In this document: positions 1 through 12,136 of the stretch, piece after piece | How the letters are laid out: each line of letters opens with the position of its first letter | Position numbering within the stretch: position 1 is the first letter of the stretch | NCBI GenBank assembly: GCA_013115125.1 | Contig: JABANN010000053.1 | Span: forward strand, 62,001 to 95,598 | Length of the DNA: 33,598 nucleotides | Reading direction: 5' to 3' | Source of the DNA: Perkinsus olseni | Taxonomy: Eukaryota | Notes under the pieces: generated by a model | The model's input: the letters and a program-made list of their open reading frames with translations, nothing else | Told to the model about the DNA's origin: nothing | The model's database searches: none | Made by a program: the position numbers and the translations under genes

Positions 1-3000
1 GAGTTATCCACGTTCTGGCCCCCTCGCTTCTGTCCCCATCTACTACGAGGCCTGCTACCCGGACCACTAACCCCAGTCGACGATGTTACTGGCCTCGATG
101 GACTGAAGCAGTCACCGCCATGCTCGACGATGAGAGGCTCCTGTTGGTCATCCCTCACCTCGGTGACTCCTCCGTCTTTGCAACTGGCTTGTCGCTAAGT
201 GACGGACTACACGCCCTGACCTCCTCCCAAGCTGTCGCAGCCACTACCCTGGTGCACTCGTAGGCTGCCTCGGCCAGGACAGACGCTGCAACGTACCTTC
301 AGAAAGCAGCCCGATTGATTCACCTCGCACGACCCCGCACAGCTCACTTTACGACTTTGCCGTATTTCCGGCGCGGTGGCATTGCCCGCTTGCCCTTCGG
401 CACGGGATCGATCGTCACAACCTTCGCCCATCGTTCGAAGTCCATAAGGTCGGTCCGCTCGATGCCTGCCCCATCACACAGAGCAGCCCATAAGGCAGCC
501 TTGTTGCCGACGACGACAGAGCTGCCTTCGCCCAGCTGCTTCAACCGGAGGGCGAGCATCTCCTTGCCGAACCTCGTGGCGCCGTTGGCGAAGTGCTGGT
601 AGGCTTCCTCCGTAGTATCGAAGTTACGCTTAAGCACGTCGTTAAAAGTTCCCAAGCAGCGTCGGCACTCCTCTGGAGATGGCATGATGGTGGGCGAGGA
701 CTGTGGGCTGCCGACAGCACTGGCCGCCGCCGGGGACAACGGCCGAGTCGGAGCCTTCCGGGCCAGGACAGCATTCAACACTCGTTCTTGTGTCGCTGCT
801 ATCTGGTGCAGAGCAGCTCTCTGGCCGTCATAGCGATCAGCCAGCCGACTAAGGCACGTCGGGCATAGCGGACGGGAAGGGAGTGAAGGCTGCCCACCTG
901 ATGGCCTCCTTATGTGAGCGCATCAACTTCTCCACTGCCGCTGACGGTGACTGCCCAGCTTGCTTCTTCGGTAGTGCCTCCGTCATCGCTTGACCTAGCT
1001 TAGCCATCGAGGCTGTCAGCGTCTTATGGGAAGCCTCCATCGACTTGGCCAGGGTGGTGATAGCAGCCTGAGAGCACTCAAGCACCTCATGCCATAGCCA
1101 CCCTCCGTTACCTCCATCTCGCCACGCTTGGCCTCCTGCTCACCCAATCGGGCGTGGATATCGGCGTTGCCGGCCTCCAGTGTGACCATACCCTCCCTCA
1201 ACGAGACAGTCAGTTCCTGAGAGTCCTCCGACTACGAGGCCAGGGCGAGCAGCCACTCGGCCTACTTTCCGCGTCGCTTCGCATATTTCCTCAGTCTTCC
1301 GCTCAAGCTCGACCAGAGCTGCCTTCTTGACGAATTCTGTGGTGGTTGGTGATGTTCCGGTAGAGGTCTTGGAAGATGATCCCTCCATCAACCCTGAGGC
1401 CTCGACTGTCCAGCTGCAGCCTGGGCTACTGACCGTACCCTCAACCTTGTGCTCGAGTTCCTCCAACTTCTCCTTCACCTCCTCCACTTCTGCTACTGCC
1501 GCTTCCCGACACGCCTCTCGGATATACTCAGGAGCTGAGCGTACAGCCAGTGATGGTGGCAGCGTTGGAGCAGCAAGCTTACCCTGGTCGGGGGGTACGA
1601 GACCTCGCTCCTGATCGAAGGCGTCTAGTCGCATCGATACCCCCTGGATTGATGCCCGGACGTCCTCAAGCTCACTTCGTACGGACTGAGGAAGAGTATT
1701 GAGTGGTAAGCAGCAGACCATCATGCTAACCTCGGGGAGGTCCGCTGTAGGGAAGCCATTGGCGGCATGTAGTCGTCGCTCGAGAGCCTCTAGACGGTGG
1801 AGGCACATCTCGGAGAGATCGGCTATCACCGCTGAACAGAAACAGGAGAGAATGGCACCTGCTCGTCGTCTGGCGCCAATGCCACCTTTAGTCCGCTCAT
1901 CCTCCACTACTCCTCCAGGCAGGTCTCCGCGGCGGCCCTACATAACGCTCATAGTAGAGGGCAGCGGAGGGCAGCACCAACCTCTAAAGCCGAGACCTTC
2001 CGTGCCAGGGCTTCGTTGGCATCAACTATTGGAGCGATGAGACCTGTCGAAATACTGACGGGATCACGCAAAGAGAGAGAAGGGGTGGGGTACGGTACGC
2101 GCAGTTTTGAGAGCGCCGAACAGTTCCGCCGAACTCCGGCGTGGCGGCTTCTGAACTGAGACGGACTAATTTCTCCAACTTATCCTCCCATAAGCGCATT
2201 GAATTGAAAGCCCAGTCGCGCAAGCAAATTTCAAGAAGGAAGCCTTGGAGATTTCTCGCGCTGTACAGTTCCGCGGTGTTTACATCCCGCGTACTGTATT
2301 TCAAACACCCAATTCCCTATTCGTCCCACCCTTGTTCCTCTCCTCCACTTCAGCAACTATCCTACTGCAAGCCTGAGTGAGCCGCTCCTCTACCTCAGCT
2401 GCCAGCTCCTTCGCTCCGCCATGAGTGGAGCGATCCTGAATATACAGCGATGTCCACAGGGAGGGGCACCCTATCAACAGCAGCAGAAGTGACCTCAACA
2501 GTCTTCAGTCTGCTGCACAGCTCCTCCTGCTTATCGACCAGCTCGGCGACCAAACCTAGAAGTTACATGCACAGCCGAGCGGACCAGTGACCACTCACCG
2601 TCAAGCCCGCCAGGGGAGCCTCCGGGTAAGGCTGCTGCAGCTGCTGCCTTCGAGTCCTGAATTCCGATTTGTGTTTCTTCACAGGGCATGAGATCTCACA
2701 AGTACCTTTCCTTCCTCGTCATCACTATCCCCTGCTCGAGCGAGGGACTCCTTAAGGTTTGGGGCATCACTACTACGGACTGGACTGAAGATCATGGATG
2801 ACTCAGGCTCCCCCTCCCCTTCCTCTTCATCCTCCCCTTCCGAGGCCTAAGGACGTATAATAAATCCAGAAAGAATAAGGCAGGCATGATGACCTTGTGT
2901 CCTCCCTTGTAGTCCTTGAAGGAGCCATCAGTGACCACTGACGAAACGTACCTGCAGTAGTACTGGCAGCACGACGAGGGTAGCATTGAGGACCTACACT

Positions 3001-4940
3001 GCCCGAGCCAAGCCAACTATCCTCTTCACAGGCATGTCCTCCTCCCGCTCTGGCAGCAGCTTTCGTATCACTAACTGCAAATAAAACACGCTCGGCTGGA
3101 CGGCAATTACTGCGCCCGAAGCACCAGTTTAACGGCTATTGTAGTCGCTGCTTCCTCCGCTGGATCATCGATTCGCTCAATGCCCTCTCTCATCACAATA
3201 CCGTCTTCACACTTGCTCGGCAGCTTCTTCAGAGTGAACACTGCTCCCTGGTGTTCCTGAGCAGCAGCACCACTGCACTCGACAAGGCCGATCAACGTCA
3301 GCCCTACCCGGGACCAGGACCGCTCCCAGTGGCCGAAGTGGCTGGGAGGATCCTCGGCGCCCGACTCTGCGATAGCAGCTGGGAGGCTTATCCCATCTGA
3401 AGACTGCTTCTCGAGGAGGGCCTGCACGAGGGTGTGGATCCTCAGTAAGCGTCACTACTATCCACCTACCTTGATGTAGCCGCCAAGGGGGTGGTCCCAC
3501 TGGGTATGGCCCAGACCACGGTGATGGAAGAATCTTTCGCCCTGTCGACCCGTCCGGACGTGCCATGGAGTTGGTAGTGGCAGCTGCTGTAGGAGCTCTG
3601 CTGCCTTTGAAAAGCCTGAAACTTGACCTCAGCGAAGGCTCATGACGACGACTCTACCATCAAGGCCCGACGCCCGTAACCAAGGCGCCACTTCGGTGCT
3701 CCATACAGCCCTTCTAACGATGTAGGGATGCTCTACCGGCACTTGACTTTCTGTCGCATCCTCGAGTGTCTGGACGAGCATGGCTTCGAGATGGGCAGCC
3801 GAATAGTTCCCACCTTTACGAGGACATCCTCACCACAATCGGACTCAGAGATGCCCATCAAACATCGGGGCGCTTGGGGCGGCACGACAGTGATCTTTGC
3901 CGGAGTGGGGCCTGTCGCCGGGCTACTGGCCGCTGAGGAGCCACCTGATCCACCCAGACGACGCGAACTAAGAGGCGTCCGGTCGGCAGCGGCATTACCG
4001 GGGCTGGGCGACCATCCATCAGGCGCCCTGACTGGCGAAGGCAATTGAAGGCCCCCCTCCTCCTTCTCGTCTGCAACGCCCCTCCTCGGAGGTCTCCTGG
4101 ACTTGTATCGATCCTTCAGACGGTCGGCAAAGCTCGTGAGAGCGGATGTGAACTTCTGAGATGATCATGCTCAGCATGCCGCTCGCGAGGAAGGCCCATT
4201 ACCTTTTTCGGGGAAGTGTCCGCAGGCTCCGGCGGACGATCTCCAGCGGGTCCAGCCAGAGATACCAACTTTTCCCAATATCTAAGAGGATGGTTAGAGC
4301 CGACCAGTAGTGTTCTCCCGAGTACGGTGTATGGGTGATGAGAGCCAAAGCATTGGTATAAGCGCTAAGGCGGCAGCTGATGGACTCCTCTGGGTTGTCC
4401 CATGTGCTCTCCCCTGTCTTGGTATTGAAGTAATAGCTAAAGCCGCGCCCAACAGTACTCGAGGCTCCACCGCAGGAATGACTACTACACTTCCCCTTCT
4501 GTGCTCTTCGCAGACTTCCAGTTCTTATCTCTCGATGCGGCGAGCTCCTCCTTGAACCTCCGCAGCTCCTCATCGCATGCTTTTTGTATCTGTCATCCCA
4601 GCCGTATCGAAGGTAGGTATACTCAAGCGTAGTACCGAAGAGACATCTTTGTGTTGTTGCCATATGGACTGCCTAACGAAGCTAACGAGCCGCTTGAACA
4701 TGTCATGGTAGGGATGCTCCCATGAGGACCTCTTCTCAGTGAGATGCGCGAAGTAACTGTATCCACCACTGAGGAGGGCCTGGGTAGTAGCCACTCTCAC
4801 ATTTTCCCCGTGCTTTTGTCTTGCTTCCTTGCCCAGTAGGTTGGCAGTGGGCAACGATCTTCCATCATGGAATCAGTGAGGAGCTTATGAAGCCAGGGCT
4901 CCCGGGCTTCATGGACGTTCAGTAGGGCACAACAGTGGCT
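1..4940 (-). CDS. Multi-exon tandem WW-domain / coiled-coil protein (CEP164-like N-terminal region); partial, both ends uncertain
   Basis: Manual splicing at GT-AG sites gives HCCALLNVHEAREPWLHKLLTDSMMEDRCPLPTYWARKQDKSTGKIYFAHLTEKRSSWEHP (WW domain) and a second WW, NWKSAKSTEGEV/YYFNTKTGESTWDNP. Downstream minus-strand exons encode low-complexity and Glu/Leu-rich coiled-coil segments running towards the window edge. Treating this as a single gene is an inference. Confidence 0.6.
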
Positions 4941-5699
4941 GAGAGAAGATTCTACTACTATTAGTAGGAAGAAGACAGCAACAACAACAACACTACTACT
5001 AGTACTACCACCACATTGAACTCAATTGAATGCCCTCCGTTGGGGACATGGAAGCTATACGGCCGCTCTGTGCAGCAAATGCCGCTATCCCGGACCAAAG
5101 CAAGCTACTACTGCCAATACCACAACTACCACCACTACTAGCATTGCTGTTGTCAGCGGTGTTAGTAACACTACCTCAGGTCAACCTCAGTAGTCGCCGG
5201 GCTGCTGCCATTCGTTCGATTGGAAGTCATTGTCGGGCAGGATGCATCATAAGAAGAAAGATGGGCACTACAGAGATTGTCTTATCGTGGTACCAGGGTT
5301 GTTGGAACCTGCGTTGTTCGAGGCGCAGGTTCGATCCCGGCACCATGCATATTTGGCTCGGCTGCTCTCGACACAAGACAATTCCACCATCAATGAGAGC
5401 CGTTGTCGCTTAGTACAGCACCGTAACTGTATACTAGCGGCGCCGGTCGCGTTGCTCCGGCAAGTTGTGTCTCATATACAAAACTCGAGGGATTGTGATG
5501 CTGATCGGTGTATCGTACATGATAACTGTTTATTAGAACCCAAACTACTCGAAGCTCGGAGAGAGCCTCTGATAGTCACTTGGGGGGGGGGGTCGGTATA
5601 ACCAATGCTACTACTACTGCTGCCGCTCTGCGCTGACCACTACCCTATTCTGCACTACTTTCTCTGAACGAACACCAGGCACCATTGGTCGGAAACAAG

Positions 5700-6479
5700 C
5701 TACACGGCATCAATCGTTTGACCCTGGAAGACTCTCTTCAGGCTAGGATCATTCTTGATGATATCTTCGACCTTTGTAGTAACCCTCATGAGTATCCCCG
5801 CTGTACTCATGACCACTACATAGGGTATTGCTACATACAGCGCACGATGGATTGGTCTACGGTTGTTCATTTGGACGCATACTCTGAAAGACACCTCATC
5901 CACCGCCACTAGGGCACCCTGCTAGGGCACAGCCTACCCGATGGAATAGAGGCCGACTGCGGAGCCGGTGGAGGCGAGGACAGGCCTAACGTAGTGCCGT
6001 AAGTCGAACAGAGAAGCCATCCTTTCTCCATCGCCCTCCGACCATACTGCTTTCACAACGCGAAGGTTCCCTTCTAGGGACTGGGCATGATTCCGTAGCC
6101 TCTCATAACGACGAGCAAACCAGTTGGGCCGATGGGCTCCCGGGAGAGCCACGGTGACGGTATTCCCCGCATTGAGGACATCACTGGCACTGGTAGTAGG
6201 CCTGTCAGAGAACAGATTCTCCAGAACGAGGCCACCCGGCATGAGCAGGTAGTAAAACTATGCTGTGAGCGCAAGGTTGGAGGAGGGACGGAAAGCCGCT
6301 CCCCTCAATTGATTTACTGCGCTAACAAAAAGCCTTTGACGCGGACAACCACAGGACGACGCGATGGCGCCGAAGAGGGTGATAATAGTAACTAAGGTTG
6401 TTGTGAAGGGAATTTGACTCGGGCCAAAACAGTGGTGGACTGCGATAATACCGAGAATTGTGGTATGATGGTCGCGCAC
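5700..6479 (-). CDS. Hypothetical protein, probably multi-exon; boundaries unresolved
   Basis: Adjacent minus-strand ORFs (5700-5909, 5934-6242, 6258-6479) with GT-AG-like interruptions and hydrophobic stretches; no recognisable motif. Confidence 0.3.
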
Positions 6480-6700
6480 GGACGGGGAGAAAAAGGAACA
6501 AATTATTGCAATAGATCATCAACCCGACATTCTCCTGCCCACCATCTAACTGATATTGCATAGGAGTGATTGAATAGAGTAGTCTGGTGTATAACGGAAA
6601 AAGAAGGAAAAGAAGAAGGCTCCAAAGGGAAACTGTTAGTCGTGAAAAGAACGGTATCTAGTGTGCGCGTCACGGGCGAAGTACGTCATCATCACCGGCA

Positions 6701-8182
6701 CTACTCGCCAATGGCGACCAGCAAGCATCCAGCTAGTTGGAGGCAAAAGGCAAGGGCGAAGATAATCCTTTGCCTGACAGTACACCGAGTCAGAGGGAAA
6801 TGCCGCAAAGCGAAGAGTATTACTTCTTCTCCTTTATTTCCCTATACACGAAAATACTGAGTAAGCTTGATATCATCACCGGTCCGACAGCATCCAGCGT
6901 GTACGCTGCTGCGTAGCCCATACCATCAATCCCGTACAACGCATTGACATCCCCTCCTGTCCAGAACAGACCTAAAACGGGCCGAGGAAGGATGGCTGAT
7001 AGGCGGTGATGCAGAGCGGTCTGTTACCGGCTATGAAAGCTGGACGGATGACTGAGTGCATGGTCCGCTTCTTAAGGGCGAATTGACGGAATAGTGATGC
7101 GACCCAGTACCAGACGCTGGAGATAAAGTATATACCAATGCATTGTGAGAACACAAATTGAACCTGCCAACGTCGTTTATGTTGCCCTTGGAAGGCCCCC
7201 TCCCGTCTACTACCGGTTGGTAATAACCATACTTCTGTTGCCAGAGTTGGTAGGGCCATCCATTCATCGCAGTGAGTACACCAGACACCACTGCAAGCAC
7301 CATGCCTACAAACAGTATTCAAAGCTCAGAAGAGAGTAACGGAATCTTACTACCTACAATTTTTACACGGATGACTTGCTGTTGATGGGCCTTTTTCGCA
7401 TCCGGTTCATCATTTTCAGCGTTACTGCTGTCATCACCATTGAAGAACCGCTCTAGTTTGATCCACAACTTTGAAGGCTTCCCGTGAGAGTCTTCACCAT
7501 AACGACAATCACTTTGTCCATTCTCGAGATCAACAGATGGCCCCGTTGTTTTCCGGGTACCCGCGGCACCTCTCGAGGGCTCCGAAGTCAGTCCCCCCGT
7601 ACCCGACTGATCTGTCTGACCCTGGCCGCCTTGCTGCTGCTGTTTTTTACGAAGCCTCCTACTCTGTGAAGGTCGGTATTTTCTTTTCTCCTTCCCACTA
7701 GAGTTCGACTTAGACTCGGCATCAGTGGCCTCGTCCGGGTCGACAAAGAAGAGAATGGCGAATGAGAAAAGAAGAACGAAGACTCCCACATCACGCATGA
7801 CCGGTATTCGACCGACATCACGATCCATACCAAACAGACCGAAGCGTGACAGACAGTAGCCCCAGCTGAGGTTGATGATATGGTAAAGGGAGAACCCTAG
7901 GGCCAGACCGCATATACGAACGAGTGGTATAACGATGAAGTTGGCGGTCCCCCAGAGGGCACCGGAGAGAACTCCGTAAAGGAAGATCTGCGGCCCTTCC
8001 CATTGTCCGCTTAGCATACCAACAATCTCGAGGACAATACCACCCCATATGATACCGGAGCACATGAACCATTGGAAGACAGCACCATCGTAGGTACAAT
8101 ACTGTTTGCATGGTATGTACTGGAGACCATATAGTACGGCAGCAACGATCGTACAGGTGATACCAACTCCAAAATCTACCAT
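6701..8182 (-). CDS. TMEM144: TMEM144-family (DMT/EamA-like) multi-pass membrane protein
   Basis: N-terminus MVDFGVGITCTIVAAVLYGLQYIPCKQYCTYDGAVFQWFMCSGI, plus GVLSGALWGTANFIVIP. Spliced C-terminal exons give FVFSQCIGIY, PAFIAG/LFWTGG, GPVMISSLLSIFVYREI and QRIIFALAFCLQLAGCLLVAIGE*. Stop at 6701-6703. Confidence 0.85.
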
Positions 8183-8630
8183 TTGTTTAACCGTGAATCA
8201 CGGTTTGAGAGGCCAGAAACAGAAACAAAAACGAAGAAACTAACAAACGCTGCAGCCTCGTGCTGGCTGCTAGCTTGCTCGAACCTCACGGAATCACCAA
8301 GTTCATTCGGAGAGTCGCAGGTTCGATTCCTGGCGAGGACATTCCGTACCGTTGTCTGCTTCGACGCAGCGCAGTTTCCGCTTAAAAAGCGGACGCGCCA
8401 TCGCTGATGAGATAGCCGCCCCTCATTGGTGGCCTCTTTGTTCAACAGTGCCGCTGTCAGCGGCTCGCTGACTCGTATCATGATGCCACCATGCCACTGC
8501 TTCTACATTTGGCCGCTGGCGACGGCTAGCCACGCGCACGCGTACATTTCTAGCCCCTGCCAGCGCGTGTTGACTTCACCTTGTGAAGGCTCAGGGCATG
8601 GCTCTTGGTTAGTCTTTAGGATATCCTTCA

Positions 8631-9408
8631 ATGCCCATGATGAAGCTCTCTACTTACCTCCTCGGATGCCTGACTATCAGACAGCTGACTAGTGGTGTGG
8701 TCCTCCGGCAGGAAACAGGATCGTCGTAAGTCTGATACCACATTATCAGCCTAAACACTGTCATCACCTTTTCAGAGGCTTCCTTGGTACCCAACGTGCC
8801 TTGGATCAGGGCAATGAAGTCCTGAGTGCTGTCGGGATTATGTCCGCCTCCGTGTACCCTCCAAACCAGCCCTATGGGCCGGTCCGCCCCGATGGTACTT
8901 GCCCAACCATTGACGGTGTCAAGCAGTATCCCGCCAGATATTGGAAGGTGAGGAAGAACTCTCGCCGATTCGGCAGCGGCAAGTCGCTCGATGGCTTTTT
9001 TGCCTCCAGGATCCCCAGTGCACGGTATGCATGCCTTACTTGCCTTGTCCGGCGGTTCCAACCAAATACAAGCCCGAGCGTGATGGCTCCCTCACAATAT
9101 GTCTCATACCGTGTCAAGAAGTGAGTTAACCTTACGACTCTTTGAAACTTTTCTAGTCGCTAATTCGAGCCTGGAAAGGATCTTGCTTCGGTCGGGGCCG
9201 CTTCCTCAATCTCTTGTGCAGTTCCCGCTAGGCTCAGTCTCGATGCATATTGAAGGTTACCATAGCTGACCTTGGTGCATCCTTCCTTCTCTTCAACATT
9301 ACATTCGAGTTACCCCTTGCCCTTCAGGACCCAGACTGTCAAGAAGGAGCTGTCTGCATCCATACCAGCAGGGCCAGCCTTTGTGCATTCAATGCGACGA
9401 AAACCTAG
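8631..9408 (+). CDS. Secreted Cys-rich protein, family copy 1 (152 aa, 4 exons)
   Basis: Exons 8631-8725, 8776-8947, 9010-9120, 9328-9408, all GT-AG and in frame: MPMMKLSTYLLGCLTIRQLTSGVVL...YGPVRPDGTCPTIDGVKQYP...CMPYLPCP...CLIPCQEDPDCQEGAVCIHTSRASLCAFNATKT*. N-terminus is signal-peptide-like. Confidence 0.85.
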
Positions 9409-10847
9409 GGATACTCCTCATCTCCTCAAGAGCCCCGTGTGGTCTCGATTTATTATTATCTCATCATTACTGTTATCATCGCTCATTCTTGGGTCGGGGT
9501 GTGCCGATTTTCGTCCGTTCTCGCAGGAACTACCTGCCTAGGTGTGCTGTATGAGCGAACTTACATTCGATTAGTATTTATTGAGATTCAGTTTTTTTCG
9601 TTTTTTTCGTGTTTCGTCTCATCTATTTTGCGCAACATTTTCGGACAGGCGTTTTCTGATTCACTTATCGCGGTATCATCTTATTCAATCTTTCCTCCTC
9701 GATACCGAGTTTTGTTAGCACTAGTTGCCTACCAAACTCAGCCGACCGTTGAGACCATCGTTAATGTATGTAGCTAGCGGCGAATGGGCATATGTAGGAG
9801 ATATGTCCCGAAGACTTTTGCGCCTTTCTTCAATCGAACAAGTCATATCATAGTTCAACCCGCCCAGTCCATCAAACTATGGGGCAGAACGCGCGGTCTT
9901 TATTGGGATTACCGCGTCGCCGGCGGAACTACTTTCCTCTGCAAGTAGACTCTCCTAGCATTACTGTAGAGATTAAGCCTTCCCCTTACTAGAACACATA
10001 TCCACTATAGTAGGCTCAGAGACAGTATCATCTCATACGACGCTTTGAAACTTGCACCGTCACTTGAGGCTCGAGTGTGTGGCTTGTCTCTCGAGTGCAC
10101 AAGATGACTTGCATCACTTGCATCACCATGCGCAGTGATACTCGACGCATCAGGGCATCTCTTTCACCCAGAACCCCAGATGCTAAATATCAAAGAGGAA
10201 GAAAAATCAATTAGCAGCCCGAGATGGTGAATACGATGGAGCGCTGCTAGCTCGTGACGCAACTTTGTGTCACGAGGGACAGTCACAGGATGTCGGCTTT
10301 TTGTAAACTTCGCTCACGGGCTAGCCCGTGATTTTCACGTGACATAGCCGCAGCACAATCATCAGCATTAACGGCCCACTCGTTCCGAGCATAGCGAATG
10401 GAGAACGGAGTCAGAACTCAGCTAGCCTACTGTAACGGTGCGACAGCGAGATTGGGCGTCCATAACGCTACTTCCAGCCTTCGCCCATGCTGCAATTTGA
10501 GTCACCCACAATAGCGGGAGGAGAACGCCTATAGTAGACTAGAGAAGGACTTGGCATGAATTCTGGAAAAATTGAATTCAGCTGAATCGGCAGCTGAATT
10601 GAGCTCCGTGGGTGGAAAAATATCCCTCAGCCTACCATCGCGCCGCGCAATGCTCCGACACGGGCAAATCTGAGCTGGGTTTCTGACATACATTACACCC
10701 GTGGAAGGATCAGGCCCGGGAAGAAACATCGCAGCGGTTCGACTATACGACCTCTCTGAGCCTTACATACACTATCTTCCTTTCATGGTAAGGGTTACAG
10801 TTTGTTTTAACATAGGATACTCAGGTGGGGCGAGCCTGAGTGTCAAG

Positions 10848-11345
10848 CAATCCATGAACAATACATGTGGATACTTGAGAATAAATTTCACAGCCCCAGG
10901 AGGGACTTTTCATACCCTGGTCCGATACCTTTTTTCGTCAGGCGAAGGCAATTCCGGGGGCCCTACGGAGGATATCGAATCATTCATCACTGATGAATCA
11001 TCAGGGATATTGAGGTTGGGTTGTCGGCGCCACCCGCACGGTGACGCCATCCCGGGCTGCTGTCTTATCCACCTCAGCGTTGTTTCCATCCAAACCGCAG
11101 CTCACAGTGTACTTGGCTCAGTTGGAGGGTCGGGCATTCCGAGGTAGCAGTTGGCTCGCTGGTCAGCACAGATCTCCGGTAGCTTCATTAAAAGTAATGC
11201 CGCTGCATTATACCGTTGGCTTGTGCCTTCGTGTCGGCGTTCGCCTCTCAGCTATGCGCATGCGTATAACCCGGCCCCGCTTTCGCGTCACGGAAGTGGG
11301 GAAGAAGGGAACCATATCGGATCCATTGTCGATGGTTAGTCTTTA
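10848..11345 (+). repeat. Duplicated upstream block of Cys-rich copy 2 (paralogous to ~18371-18838)
   Basis: Long near-identical stretches shared with 18480-18838 (e.g. ggttgtcggcgccacccgcacggtgacgccatcccgggctgctgtcttatccacctcagcg); weaker similarity begins at caatccatgaacaat. Confidence 0.9.
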
Positions 11346-11357
11346 GGACATCCTTCA

Positions 11358-12136
11358 ATGCCCATGATGAAGCTCTCTACTTACCTCCTCGGATGCCTGA
11401 CTATCAGACAGCTGACTAATGGTGTGGTCCTCCAGCAGGAAACAGGATCGTCGTAAGTCCGATGCCACATTATGAGCCATGACACTGTCACAACCTTTTC
11501 AGAGACTTCCTCGACACCCAACGTGCCTTGGATCAGGGCAATAACCCAGTGTATGAGACCGAGGCGACACCCATTGACTACCCCCTAGACCAACTCTATG
11601 GGCCGCTCTTCTTCAATGGTTCTTGCCCTACGATCGACAACGTTAGGCAGTTCCCGGCTCACTATCACGCCGTAAGGAAGTCTCCCTGTCGGAGAGAACC
11701 CCTGTCTTATCGACAGTGCCGGTCAAGGAATGTATTTGCAATCTCAGGATCCTACCATTTCGGTGTGCATGCCTTTTCCGTGCCCTTGCCCGGAGTCGCT
11801 TGCCAAAGGGAGACCCAAGTGTGGAGATCCCGGAGTGTGTCGTATCAGTTGCCAAACGGTATGTCACTGCTCCTCTAAGAGGAGTCCTCTTTGCTGAGCA
11901 TTCGAATAGAAACAACACGTTTACAGCATCTACGATGATTCTGCGCAGGACCTCGGCTCGGCTTGCCTCTCGGCCGCCCGCTTGAAGTGTTAGCGCGGCT
12001 GAGGCTGTGGGATTCTTATCCTTTAATAACTCGAAATGCTGATTTCTCTCAGGAACAAGATTGCCAGCAAGGCGCTCTCTGTATCAATACCGGTGTCGCC
12101 AAGCTCTGTGCGTTTAACACCACCTCTTCATTATAA
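11358..12136 (+). CDS. Secreted Cys-rich protein, family copy 2 (4 exons)
   Basis: Exons 11358-11452, 11503-11671, 11748-11858, 12053-12136; ...YGPLFFNGSCPTIDNVRQFP...CMPFPCPCPESLAKGRPKCGDPGVCRISCQT/EQDCQQGALCINTGVAKLCAFNTTSSL*. Confidence 0.85.

Noticed and set aside
1140-1907. 255-aa ORF considered as a retrotransposon gag-like protein
   Set aside because: No CCHC knuckle, RT, integrase or LTRs. It contains GT-AG intron-like segments and fits the spliced coiled-coil gene.
4950-5650. CTA/CAA-rich simple repeats and the ORFs spanning them
   Set aside because: Ordinary low-complexity intronic or intergenic sequence; translations are uninformative.
10989-11340. Hammerhead ribozyme or C/D snoRNA suggested by CTGATGA and hairpins
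   Set aside because: No properly placed GAAA core or flanking stems, and the CTGATGA is missing from the paralogous block.
10701-11346. Conserved ORFs in the duplicated upstream block (also 18384-18681)
   Set aside because: Similarity reflects recent duplication; starts and frames differ between copies and indels are present.
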